A stretch of 64,000 bases of DNA from an uncultured virus (IMG/VR IMGVR_UViG_3300048905_000045) (IMGVR_UViG_3300048905_000045); one strand, 5' to 3'; numbered from the stretch's first letter, positions 27,875 to 35,424 are shown. Notes: generated by a model not told the origin, from the letters alone. Program-made: numbers and translations.

Positions 27875-27903
27875 TGTGGATATGTGGATAACTCTGTGGA
27901 TCA
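27875..27903 (-). promoter_or_regulatory. Three tandem DnaA boxes
   Basis: TGTGGATAT, TGTGGATAA (perfect TTATCCACA) and TGTGGATCA. Confidence 0.65.
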
Positions 27904-28200
27904 GGGGCGCGGCCGGTTCTCCCAGTGCGCCTCCATGTCGTGCCGGTCAAGGGATTTCATGTACGCCTTGACCGCCTCGTGCACCTCCTTGCGGGTGCTG
28001 ATCGTGACCGTGCCGGTGGCGTGGTCGTAGACGTTGATGACGTCATGCTCCGGGTGGCCCTTGAAGTTGACGTGAATCTTCGTCTCGCCCTCCCGGTAGA
28101 CAAACTCCAGCCGGTAGGTGGGCGACGGGGAATGCCGGGTGTACTTGCGCTGGCGGGTGTACCGGCACACGAATCCCTCATGCTTGACGCCGCGGGTCAT
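27901..28200 (-). CDS. Hypothetical protein
   Basis: GGAGG RBS, ATGA overlap. Confidence 0.75.
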   Translation of the reverse strand: MTRGVKHEGFVCRYTRQRKYTRHSPSPTYRLEFVYREGETKIHVNFKGHPEHDVINVYDHATGTVTISTRKEVHEAVKAYMKSLDRHDMEAHWENRPRP

Positions 28201-28358
28201 GACTTCCCCTCCCGTTCCAGCGCACGCTTGTACTTGATGGTGGTCGGGCACTTCAGGCAGGTGACGGCGGTGGTGCGGGACGTCGTGGCCTTGACGTGCA
28301 TGAGGCCGCACGCTGTCCGGTACTCAGGCTGGCCGAGGTGGACGACGATGGTGGTCAT
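28197..28358 (-). CDS. Small H-CG-TCxxC zinc-finger protein
   Basis: VHL...TACG...VTCLKC. Confidence 0.7.
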   Translation of the reverse strand: MTTIVVHLGQPEYRTACGLMHVKATTSRTTAVTCLKCPTTIKYKRALEREGKS

Positions 28359-28540
28359 GATCCCTCCTCGATAATTTCCTCGGGCCACGCCGTGGCAGTG
28401 TGCCCGCTCGGGAACCTGACAATGAGCACAGCGGACGTGCTCCCGTCCGTGTTCTTGATGACGTCCTCGCCCTCGATGGTGACGGGCAGGCCGTTGTACG
28501 GGTCGCCCGGATCGTACGGTGACTGGTATTTGTTACCCAT
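28355..28540 (-). CDS. Hypothetical protein
   Basis: GAAAGGA RBS. Confidence 0.7.
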   Translation of the reverse strand: MGNKYQSPYDPGDPYNGLPVTIEGEDVIKNTDGSTSAVLIVRFPSGHTATAWPEEIIEEGS

Positions 28541-28646
28541 CGGATGGGTCCTTTCGCTTGAAGCGGAAGCCTTGCAGGTGCATGGCTACGTAGGTGCTGT
28601 AGATGATGAGCCCGATGGTGACGAGGGCCTGCCAGAGCCAGTCCAT
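28533..28646 (-). CDS. 37-aa membrane peptide (not in the ORF track)
   Basis: MDWLWQALVTIGLIIYSTYVAMHLQG...; TGATG coupling. Confidence 0.65.
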   Translation of the reverse strand: MDWLWQALVTIGLIIYSTYVAMHLQGFRFKRKDPSDG

Positions 28647-29914
28647 CAGAGCAGGCCCCGCCGCTGGGCCCTGACGTAGGCCAGCGCCAGCGCACCATCA
28701 CAGTCCACGAAGTCCAGGCCGGAGCGGTAGTCTCCGGGCTCGTCGGATTCCCGGGCCAGCACGGTCGGAACCCTGTCGTCCGGGTGGAAGTACAGGTCAT
28801 GCCACGTCCCGCCGACCGTCTCGCATCCGAGGAAAATGCAGACGTCGCAGTCGTGCTTGAACCGCGGCCCGGCGTCGTGCCTGTTCACCGGGACGGCGGC
28901 GCGCTGGTCCGCCGCGTTCCGTTCCCGCCTGCCGCAGGCCCCGCAGTACCGGTCACCGTTCGGCCCGCCCTCCCGCATCTGCCATTCCTCGCACTGATGG
29001 GCGGGTGCCGCGTCCTTCTCCGCCTCCCGGGCGGCGACCGTGATCTGTGCCAGCGGTGAGCGGCGGCACTCCGGGCAGGTGACCCGGCGCCACTCGTTCG
29101 AGGTGGCCATGGGAGACTTCCGGTCGATGCCGCAGGCCGAGCGCCAGTCCGTCGTCTCGTTGTAGTAGTGGACCAGCGGCCCCTCCGGCTGGGGTGCCAG
29201 CGGGTCTGACTCCGGGGTGTAGTGGGACATGCAGTCGGAGCAGGTGACCCGGTCCCACCGGCTGTCCATGACCTTGCCGTCTTTGTAGCGGAGGCCGCAG
29301 GTGGTCTCGAACCAGCCCGGCGTGTAGTGGTGCACGACCGGAGTCTCGGCGGGTGACGACTGGTCGTCAGGTTCAGGCCGGACGCCCTGCCTCCCATGGT
29401 TTCCGTAGAGCGCATCGACCTCGGCCTTCGGGTCGCGGGTGGCCTCCGCCCTGCGCCGGGTGCTGGCACCGAACTTGTCCTTGATGGAGTTGGCAGTTGC
29501 CAACAGGGTCGTGTCCATCCCGCGCGGGGCGGTCGCGATCCGGGCCATGAGTGCTTCCATGGCCATGTTGTATTCCTCCGCCGTCAGGTCCGGCTTGGCC
29601 GCGGCCTTGGCCAGCGCCTCGTACGTGGACAGGCCCATCCGTACCTTGCCCTCCACGAAGGCGACGTACTGCGAGTCGGGGATGCCGCTGGTCAGGGCAC
29701 GGGCCGCGGCGAACCGGTCGATCTGCTTCTCCCGGGCCTCCTTCGCGGCGTCGTTCCCGCGTTCCCCGTCGGCGTTCCACCGCCACTGCGGCGTGTTCCT
29801 GCACTTGTCGCAGGTGGTGGCGGTCGGGTCGGGGTCGAGCCGGGAGTTGCGGCGGCCGACGGCGTCCGCCCCGCAGACGAATGTGCTGGCGGGATGGGGC
29901 TGGAAGTGTTGCAT
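28646..29914 (-). CDS. Multi-zinc-finger mosaic protein
   Basis: Three H..CG..TCxxC modules plus further CxxC; internal palindrome read as DDQSS. Confidence 0.85.
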   Translation of the reverse strand: MQHFQPHPASTFVCGADAVGRRNSRLDPDPTATTCDKCRNTPQWRWNADGERGNDAAKEAREKQIDRFAAARALTSGIPDSQYVAFVEGKVRMGLSTYEALAKAAAKPDLTAEEYNMAMEALMARIATAPRGMDTTLLATANSIKDKFGASTRRRAEATRDPKAEVDALYGNHGRQGVRPEPDDQSSPAETPVVHHYTPGWFETTCGLRYKDGKVMDSRWDRVTCSDCMSHYTPESDPLAPQPEGPLVHYYNETTDWRSACGIDRKSPMATSNEWRRVTCPECRRSPLAQITVAAREAEKDAAPAHQCEEWQMREGGPNGDRYCGACGRRERNAADQRAAVPVNRHDAGPRFKHDCDVCIFLGCETVGGTWHDLYFHPDDRVPTVLARESDEPGDYRSGLDFVDCDGALALAYVRAQRRGLL

Positions 29915-29955
29915 GGTGCGTACCTCTTTCGGGTAGGTGGACTGACGACCGGTCG

Positions 29956-30252
29956 TCAGTGGTGGTAGCGGTGCAGGCAGAGCATGAAGTACAGGTGGGC
30001 GGCGGAGTAGATGATCCCGTCCGGGATGGAGAGCCAGTATAGGTCGCCGGGTTCGGGCTCGGGCGGCAGTTCAATCTCGATGACCCGGACCGTGACGGGG
30101 AAGACGTTGACGACCTCGACCGCGAACGGCAGGCGGGCGGCTGAGGCACGGGCAATCAGCCACGCCTCCTCCAGTGAGTCGGCCCCGGTGATGGGCCGGT
30201 CGACCTCGTTGCCGTCGGAGACGCGGCGGAACCGGGCCACGAACGCCTTCAT
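29956..30252 (-). CDS. Hypothetical protein
   Basis: ATGA overlap; stop is the palindrome TGA. Confidence 0.7.
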   Translation of the reverse strand: MKAFVARFRRVSDGNEVDRPITGADSLEEAWLIARASAARLPFAVEVVNVFPVTVRVIEIELPPEPEPGDLYWLSIPDGIIYSAAHLYFMLCLHRYHH

Positions 30253-30428
30253 GTCAGCGCCCCCGATGCCTTGACCACGGCGGCCATGACCTCGCTCATG
30301 GGGTGAATGCGTGGCGTGGCATACAGCCCCCACGCCACGGCACAGTCGCAAATCTCGGTGCCGGTGATGCCGTCGCCATCGTCGTCCTTGTCCCAGCGTG
30401 CGGCGAACTCAGCCTTGGTCATGGTCAC
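30249..30428 (-). CDS. Hypothetical protein
   Basis: GGAGG RBS, GTGA overlap. Confidence 0.7.
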   Translation of the reverse strand: MTMTKAEFAARWDKDDDGDGITGTEICDCAVAWGLYATPRIHPMSEVMAAVVKASGALT

Positions 30429-30814
30429 TTGACGTCCTCCAGCCGCATCGCCGCGGTGCTGATCTGGGCCCGGCGCAACTGGAACCGGCGGCGCAGATTC
30501 CACCACGGGGTGTCCTCGATCATGTGCTCAATGACGTGGAGGGTGACGTGCTTCAGGTGATCGAACGCGACTTGCTGTTCCAGTTCCTCGAACAGGGCGT
30601 CAATGTCGGAGCGCACCTGATTCAGCGCCTCGACCTGCTCCGGTGTCATGGCGCGTTCGGTGTACTGGTCGATGCATTTGAAGCAGGTGATTTCGTCACG
30701 GTCCATGGTGCACATGACGAGCTGGTGTTCGCCGCCGTGGCTGGTGTGCCGCACCCCGCAGAGGGGCAGGTGGCCGGTGTGGTGCGGGGCGTAGTGGACG
30801 GGGTGGATGTTCAT
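30425..30814 (-). CDS. Hypothetical protein with one H-CG-TCxxC module
   Basis: VHY...LCG...ITCFKC. Confidence 0.75.
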   Translation of the reverse strand: MNIHPVHYAPHHTGHLPLCGVRHTSHGGEHQLVMCTMDRDEITCFKCIDQYTERAMTPEQVEALNQVRSDIDALFEELEQQVAFDHLKHVTLHVIEHMIEDTPWWNLRRRFQLRRAQISTAAMRLEDVK

Positions 30815-30860
30815 TGCGGGAGTCTCTTTCAGTGAGTAGGTGAGGGGTGACGACTGGTCG

Positions 30861-31172
30861 TCAGAGGAAGTCGAGCGGGTCGCCGTCGCCGACCGCGTCC
30901 ATGAACGCATCGAAGTCGCCGTCCACGGCCGCGGCCTGAGCCTCGGCCTTGCGGTCCCGGGCCGGTGCCTCACCGACGACGAGCCGCTGTCCCTTGCCGG
31001 TGCCGAGGTCCGGGAAGCGGCGGTTCTCCTCCCAGCACGGGGTGCACATGTTCGCCCACTGTGAGCCGCGGTTGGTGGCGGCGTCGTACTCGGCGGGCAC
31101 CCCGGACACTCCGAGGTTGTACTTGTGAATGTCGCAGTCGGGAAGCTTGGAAACGTAGGCGGTATCAGACAT
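30861..31172 (-). CDS. Hypothetical protein with Cys motifs
   Basis: Flanked by palindromes; CDIH...WANMCTPC. Confidence 0.8.
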   Translation of the reverse strand: MSDTAYVSKLPDCDIHKYNLGVSGVPAEYDAATNRGSQWANMCTPCWEENRRFPDLGTGKGQRLVVGEAPARDRKAEAQAAAVDGDFDAFMDAVGDGDPLDFL

Positions 31173-31213
31173 GGCGTGCTCTCTTTCGGGGCAGGTGGGG
31201 TGACGACTGGTCG

Positions 31214-31573
31214 TCAGTTGGTGTGGTCGGAGTGGATGCAGGAACCGTTCTCGTCGAACTCTGCGCAGACGGACAGCTCGACCGGCTGGAACTCGTTGTC
31301 GAGCGGACCGAACACGGCGCCCAGCACCCAGCGCCATGCGTCCTCAGGGGTGGGGCCATTGCCCCATTCCGCAGCATCTTCGATGGTCGGGGTGTCGGTG
31401 CCATAGGCGATGAGCACCTGATGCACCGTGGTTACGCCGTCCTTCAGCGTGACGACGTGTTCGCTGGTGCCGTGGAACTTCTGGACGAACCGCTTGGCCT
31501 CGTCGAGCGGGCCGGTGTAGTACAGGTCGCCGTTGCGGACCTCGAAGTCATTGGCGGTAACGGTGTAAGTCAT
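31214..31573 (-). CDS. Hypothetical protein
   Basis: Flanked by palindromes; GAAAGAGAG RBS. Confidence 0.8.
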   Translation of the reverse strand: MTYTVTANDFEVRNGDLYYTGPLDEAKRFVQKFHGTSEHVVTLKDGVTTVHQVLIAYGTDTPTIEDAAEWGNGPTPEDAWRWVLGAVFGPLDNEFQPVELSVCAEFDENGSCIHSDHTN

Positions 31574-31734
31574 TGCGTGCTCTCTTTCGGGGCAGGAATT
31601 GATTGGTTGGTTACGGGAATGGCGGGGTGACGACTGGTCGTCAGGTACGGGGGTAGCGGGTATTGCGTAGATCAAAAAGGAACAGGTGCAGGTGTCATTG
31701 CCTGTAGGTTACGTACACAGGTGACGACCGGTCG

Positions 31735-31974
31735 TCAGTCGCCGTCAACGCCGGTCGGTCGGCGGGTTGAGAGCCACATAAGTTCCACTGACAGGGCAGT
31801 CAGCGCCCGGTCCACAAATTCCTCGGCGACAGCGAGGCGGCCAGCGCGAATGGCATCCAGCGCGTCGGCAAGCAGGAGGTTCTGGTCGGCGATGGTACGC
31901 CGTGCATGGGTGCGGACCGTTTCGTGATCGTCGATCAGGTGGCTGATGCGGATGGTGTCGGGCGAGTGTGTCAT
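31735..31974 (-). CDS. Hypothetical protein
   Basis: Flanked by palindromes; GAAAGG RBS. Confidence 0.75.
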   Translation of the reverse strand: MTHSPDTIRISHLIDDHETVRTHARRTIADQNLLLADALDAIRAGRLAVAEEFVDRALTALSVELMWLSTRRPTGVDGD

Positions 31975-32070
31975 GGTGCGTGCCTTTCTGGCAGGTGGTG
32001 ACGACCGGTCGTCAGGGTGGTTGGCGTGTTGAGCGGGGTGGAACCGAACACACCCCGCCCAACCCAAAGG

Positions 32071-32099
32071 ACTATACCAGCTTGGTCAGACAATGTCAA
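32071..32099 (-). promoter_or_regulatory. Sigma-A-like promoter
   Basis: TTGACA-17-TATAGT with extended -10 TG; first 17 nt identical to the promoter at 26200. Confidence 0.85.
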
Positions 32100-32106
32100 T
32101 TCATGG

Positions 32107-32430
32107 TCATGAGGTGTAGGTGAGCCGGAACCAGTACCAGCGCCCATCCTTGCCCACGACGACGGCATCCTCGGCCGCCGCATCCTGCGGGTAGGCATCG
32201 GTGGCGCCCATGAAGTCCACCCGGTACGCCCGGTTGGTGACGACGCGCATCTTCGCTGATGCTCCGCCGTGATCCCAGATGTCCCATGCCGTGACCTTGG
32301 TCGGATCACTGGTGTCCGGTGCGGAGGTGGAATGCGGGGCGTTGATCGAGAGGTCGACGGCACCGAGGGCGAGGCCCCCGAACAGCGCGGCAGTAAGGAC
32401 TATGGGCAGGGCGATACGGCGAGTGAACAT
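32107..32430 (-). CDS. Secreted or membrane-anchored protein
   Basis: Signal peptide MFTRRIALPIVLTAALFGGLALGA. Confidence 0.75.
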   Translation of the reverse strand: MFTRRIALPIVLTAALFGGLALGAVDLSINAPHSTSAPDTSDPTKVTAWDIWDHGGASAKMRVVTNRAYRVDFMGATDAYPQDAAAEDAVVVGKDGRWYWFRLTYTS

Positions 32431-32515
32431 GGTGGTTCCTTCTATGAGTGAGTGCATACGGGGATGGGAGGGTGACGACCGGTCGTCAGGTGACCGGCCG
32501 CCACCCATGGCGGGC

Positions 32516-32791
32516 CTAGAGCAGGCGGGAATCGTAGGCGATGACGCCGTCGATCCTCTGGTGCATTCCGATGACACTGCCGCGTTCCCACAGGGTGACC
32601 CAGTATGAGGGCTCACCCGCGTTGTCCTCGATACGCCGGGCGAACTCCTCGTAGGCGTACCCGATGGACCGGCACGTGAACTGGTCCCCATTCTGTGAGC
32701 ACACGATGAACGGGGGAAGGGCCTGCAACTGCGCAGGGGTGAACGGCACTACGGGCAGGTGGGGCAGGGCGGGAAGGGTGGTGGCAGTCAT
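32516..32791 (-). CDS. Hypothetical protein
   Basis: GAAAGAG RBS. Confidence 0.7.
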   Translation of the reverse strand: MTATTLPALPHLPVVPFTPAQLQALPPFIVCSQNGDQFTCRSIGYAYEEFARRIEDNAGEPSYWVTLWERGSVIGMHQRIDGVIAYDSRLL

Positions 32792-32837
32792 GGCGAAGTC
32801 TCTTTCGTGAGGGTGGTGCGTGTCTGGCAATGGACAT

Positions 32838-33029
32838 TCAGTGAGTGGGCACAACGGGTGACGACCAGTCGTCAGGTATCCCGTTCCCGGCCAGCGCCAT
32901 GTAGCGCATGACCCACCAGTGGCGCGGGATTCGAGGGGTCTGGTCCAGCGCAGGGAACACCTGCTCAGCCTCCATCACGGGGGTGAGGGTATAGAAGTGC
33001 GGCCAAGGGTGGAGTATCCAGTCGATCAT
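32838..33029 (-). CDS. Hypothetical protein
   Basis: GGAG RBS, ATGA overlap; palindrome in its 3' end. Confidence 0.55.
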   Translation of the reverse strand: MIDWILHPWPHFYTLTPVMEAEQVFPALDQTPRIPRHWWVMRYMALAGNGIPDDWSSPVVPTH

Positions 33030-33283
33030 GGTCGGCACTCCATGTATTCGGTGACGATGCCGTCGACAATGTGCCACACCTGCTGAGACACGTCGGTTTG
33101 GTAGGCCCAGTTCCACCCATCATCGGTAGCCCAGTCGAACGTGCGGCTGGCGTGTTCGGCAGGGATGGGTTCAATGACCGGGCCGTAGCCCATATATGCC
33201 GCGATCATGGTTTCCTCCGGCGGAGACTGCGCAAACATCACACCGTTGGCGGGGTCGGTCATGGCTATGTAGTGAGTGGGCAT
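33026..33283 (-). CDS. Hypothetical protein
   Basis: AGGA RBS after a palindrome. Confidence 0.7.
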   Translation of the reverse strand: MPTHYIAMTDPANGVMFAQSPPEETMIAAYMGYGPVIEPIPAEHASRTFDWATDDGWNWAYQTDVSQQVWHIVDGIVTEYMECRP

Positions 33284-33336
33284 GGGAAGGGTCCTATCTG
33301 TGATGGGTGGATGGGTGAGTGAGTGACGACCGGTCG

Positions 33337-33486
33337 TCACCCCTGATTGAGGATGAACTCGGCGACGACGTTGCGCCTAGGTGCCGGTGCCGGACCAGCG
33401 CATGAGGGTACCGGCATAGGGAGAGAGAACACCCAAGCTATGAGGGCATCGGACACAAGGGGCTTGGGCGTACGGAACGTGGGCAT
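33337..33486 (-). CDS. 49-aa hypothetical protein
   Basis: Flanked by palindromes; GAAAGG RBS. Confidence 0.6.
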   Translation of the reverse strand: MPTFRTPKPLVSDALIAWVFSLPMPVPSCAGPAPAPRRNVVAEFILNQG

Positions 33487-33585
33487 GGGGATGGGACCTT
33501 TCAGTGAGTGACGACCAGTCGTCAGGTAGACGAACGGGAGGGGATGGAACAGCGCCCGATACCGCATCACGGCCAGCGCGTGCTG

Positions 33586-33667
33586 TTCAGTGAGTGAGTG
33601 ATGCACGTATAGGGAAAGACAACGCTTCAGTGAGTGAGCACATTCAGTGAGCGATTCAGTGAGTGAG
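33586..33667. repeat. Cluster of TTCAGTGAG(TGAG) direct repeats
   Basis: Copies at 33586, 33626, 33643 and 33655; also 30828, 32837 and 33500. Confidence 0.85.
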
Positions 33668-33794
33668 CAACCCACATAGGGGAGAGACTGACGACCGGTC
33701 GTCACCCGCAACACGGGCGCTGGTGGCCGTCACCTGCCCGGCCACGCACGGACCGGACGACGGGAACGGGAAGCTGCCACACGGGCACGGGAAA

Positions 33795-33822
33795 GACCCC
33801 CGGGACCGAAGCCCCGGGGGTT
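33795..33822 (-). terminator. Intrinsic terminator after the first early gene
   Basis: ACCCCCGGG...CCCGGGGGT hairpin followed by CTTT on the minus strand. Confidence 0.7.
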
Positions 33823-33835
33823 CCCCCACTAACCC

Positions 33836-34606
33836 CTACTCCGCGGCGGCGGCTGAATCGGCCTGAGATTCTTCGATCCAAGCCACCATCCGGGCGACGT
33901 AGGCCGCGGCTTCCGTCAGTTCCTTCTTGGACAGGCTCACCTTGGAACGCTTCAGTTCCGCGACTCGATTAGCGGCCAGCTTCAGACCCTCGACGACCAG
34001 CGTGCCCGTGATGCCGTCAGCCTTGCCAGCTGACGACCGGTCGTCACCTTCAGACCCACCCTTGCCACCCTTGGCCGCTTCAGCGGCGGCTTTAGCGGCT
34101 TTAGCGGCGGCGCGTTCCTCCCGACGCTTAGCGGCGATGCCGTCAGCGTAGAACTTGTTGACGAATGCCAGTTCCTTATCGGAGACGCCGCCCAGCATAT
34201 CGGCCATGGGGAAGACTCCCTTGTCCATACCAGCCTGCCCCACCTTCAGGAGGTCGTTGACCGTGGTGCGCGGGAAGCCGGTCATACGGGCGGCGTAGCT
34301 GGCGTTGGTGGGCTTGCCCTTGCCTTCAGGGTGGGCGGCAATCAGGTACACGCCGCGCACCTTCAGGGCACGTGCCAGTTCCTTGGCCGTCTGCGCGGCG
34401 TCCGCCATGGACCGGGCCGCTTCTTCCGCCGCGCCTTGTTCCGTTTCGTGGTGGGCGGCACCGGTGGCCATGGTGACCAGTGCATCGACGTCTGCCCATG
34501 TGGGCTCACTGACGGTGACGACCTGACGACCGGTCGTCGCCTTGGGCTTGGCCGTCTTGGCGGCAGGCTTGCGGGTTGCGGGCTTGCGGGTTGCGGTTGC
34601 AGTCAT
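33836..34606 (-). CDS. Basic Ala/Lys-rich protein with putative HTH; first gene of the leftward arm
   Basis: TRKPA repeats; 'ASYAARMTGFPRTTVNDLLK'; two palindromes inside. Confidence 0.8.
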   Translation of the reverse strand: MTATATRKPATRKPAAKTAKPKATTGRQVVTVSEPTWADVDALVTMATGAAHHETEQGAAEEAARSMADAAQTAKELARALKVRGVYLIAAHPEGKGKPTNASYAARMTGFPRTTVNDLLKVGQAGMDKGVFPMADMLGGVSDKELAFVNKFYADGIAAKRREERAAAKAAKAAAEAAKGGKGGSEGDDRSSAGKADGITGTLVVEGLKLAANRVAELKRSKVSLSKKELTEAAAYVARMVAWIEESQADSAAAAE

Positions 34607-34659
34607 TGCAATCACGGTCCTTTCGGTTCTGCCGTCGGACGGTCCGGCGGCGAGCCCCC

Positions 34660-34689
34660 ATCATGCCCAGCTTTCCTGACCAAAGTCAA
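34660..34689 (-). promoter_or_regulatory. Sigma-A-like promoter of the leftward arm
   Basis: TTGACT-18-CATGAT. Confidence 0.6.
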
Positions 34690-35029
34690 ACCATCCAATG
34701 ACCAGTGACCAGCCACACCCTGACGACCGGTCGTCACCCAACAACCCCGGTACCCCATGACAACGGCCCAAAACGGGCCCCGTACTTACGCTGGCCGTGT
34801 CAACATCCAAGACCCCTTCCGAATGGAATGCGTATACGGAAATGTCCGACCGTCCGAAAATTTTGGAAAATCCCCTGTAGCCGAACGACCGCTGGCCCAG
34901 CATGGGGTATTCGGGGGGTAACTGTCGGTCCCCCACCGGGCGGAGTCGAAGGATATTCGGCCCGGGGGCACAGAAAAGGCCCCCTTACGGCACTGCCCAC
35001 TCGGTGGGGCCTTATCGGGAGCCGATCTG

Positions 35030-35173
35030 TGCTGGTCCGCCGGGATTCGAACAGCCGGTCTGCCATACCTTGCGGCGTAAACAGTCGCCTACCGGGCCAG
35101 CTCTGCCCTTGCTCCCGTTTGCGGCGGGTCTGGTGGCAGGTTCTTCGCCTCACAAGGACGAATGGCACCAGCA
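35030..35173 (-). ncRNA. Candidate structured RNA with a tRNA-like T-loop (strand not certain)
   Basis: Terminal helix TGCTGGT/ACCAGCA, inner helix CTGCCA/TGGCAG, GTTCGAATC near the 3' end, several hairpins. Confidence 0.45.
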
Positions 35174-35424
35174 TAATGCCCCGGACATGGAAAAGGGCCG
35201 CCCAGCACGGCCCTCTTGCGCTTCCACCTGCTTGGTGCACCGGACACATGCACTCTCATCCTGTTCCCCGCGGGGATATTTCCACGCTAACCGGCGTTTC
35301 GGTAAACGTAAACCCTTTGCGGGGTGCGATCATGTATCCGTATACGCTTTCCCGGAAAAATCCGTCCGGGCTTCGCCCAGAAAAGGAACCTCATGCGCCC
35401 CGCCCACCACACAGGAGACATGCC

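Larger units (their letters stand above)
5710..34736. repeat. Dispersed 16-bp palindrome TGACGAC-NN-GTCGTCA, 31 copies in the leftward arm
   Basis: Starts at 5710, 9823, 10969, 13185, 15640, 17937, 19587, 21111, 22630, 23574, 25010, 25768, 26090, 26647, 27202, 27857, 29354, 29943, 30848, 31201, 31628, 31722, 31999, 32473, 32859, 33324, 33509, 33689, 34031, 34524, 34721. Confidence 0.97.

Noticed and set aside
29943..34736. CRISPR array or Cas system suggested by regular palindromic repeats plus a Cas4-like gene
   Set aside because: Repeats are 16 bp with irregular 80-900 bp intervals that contain genes; no cas1/cas2 or effector; solo Cas4-like nucleases are common in phages
35030..35173. Canonical tRNA gene
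   Set aside because: No proper D-arm or anticodon arm, bulged T-stem, 144 nt; kept only as a tRNA-like candidate
34705..35424. Long + strand ORF extensions from 34705 and 34902
   Set aside because: Real starts with RBS are at 35425 and 35667; the upstream translation is not protein-like
5640..35424. Integrase, immunity repressor, reverse transcriptase or DNA polymerase
   Set aside because: No recognisable motifs; a divergent one among the hypothetical proteins cannot be excluded
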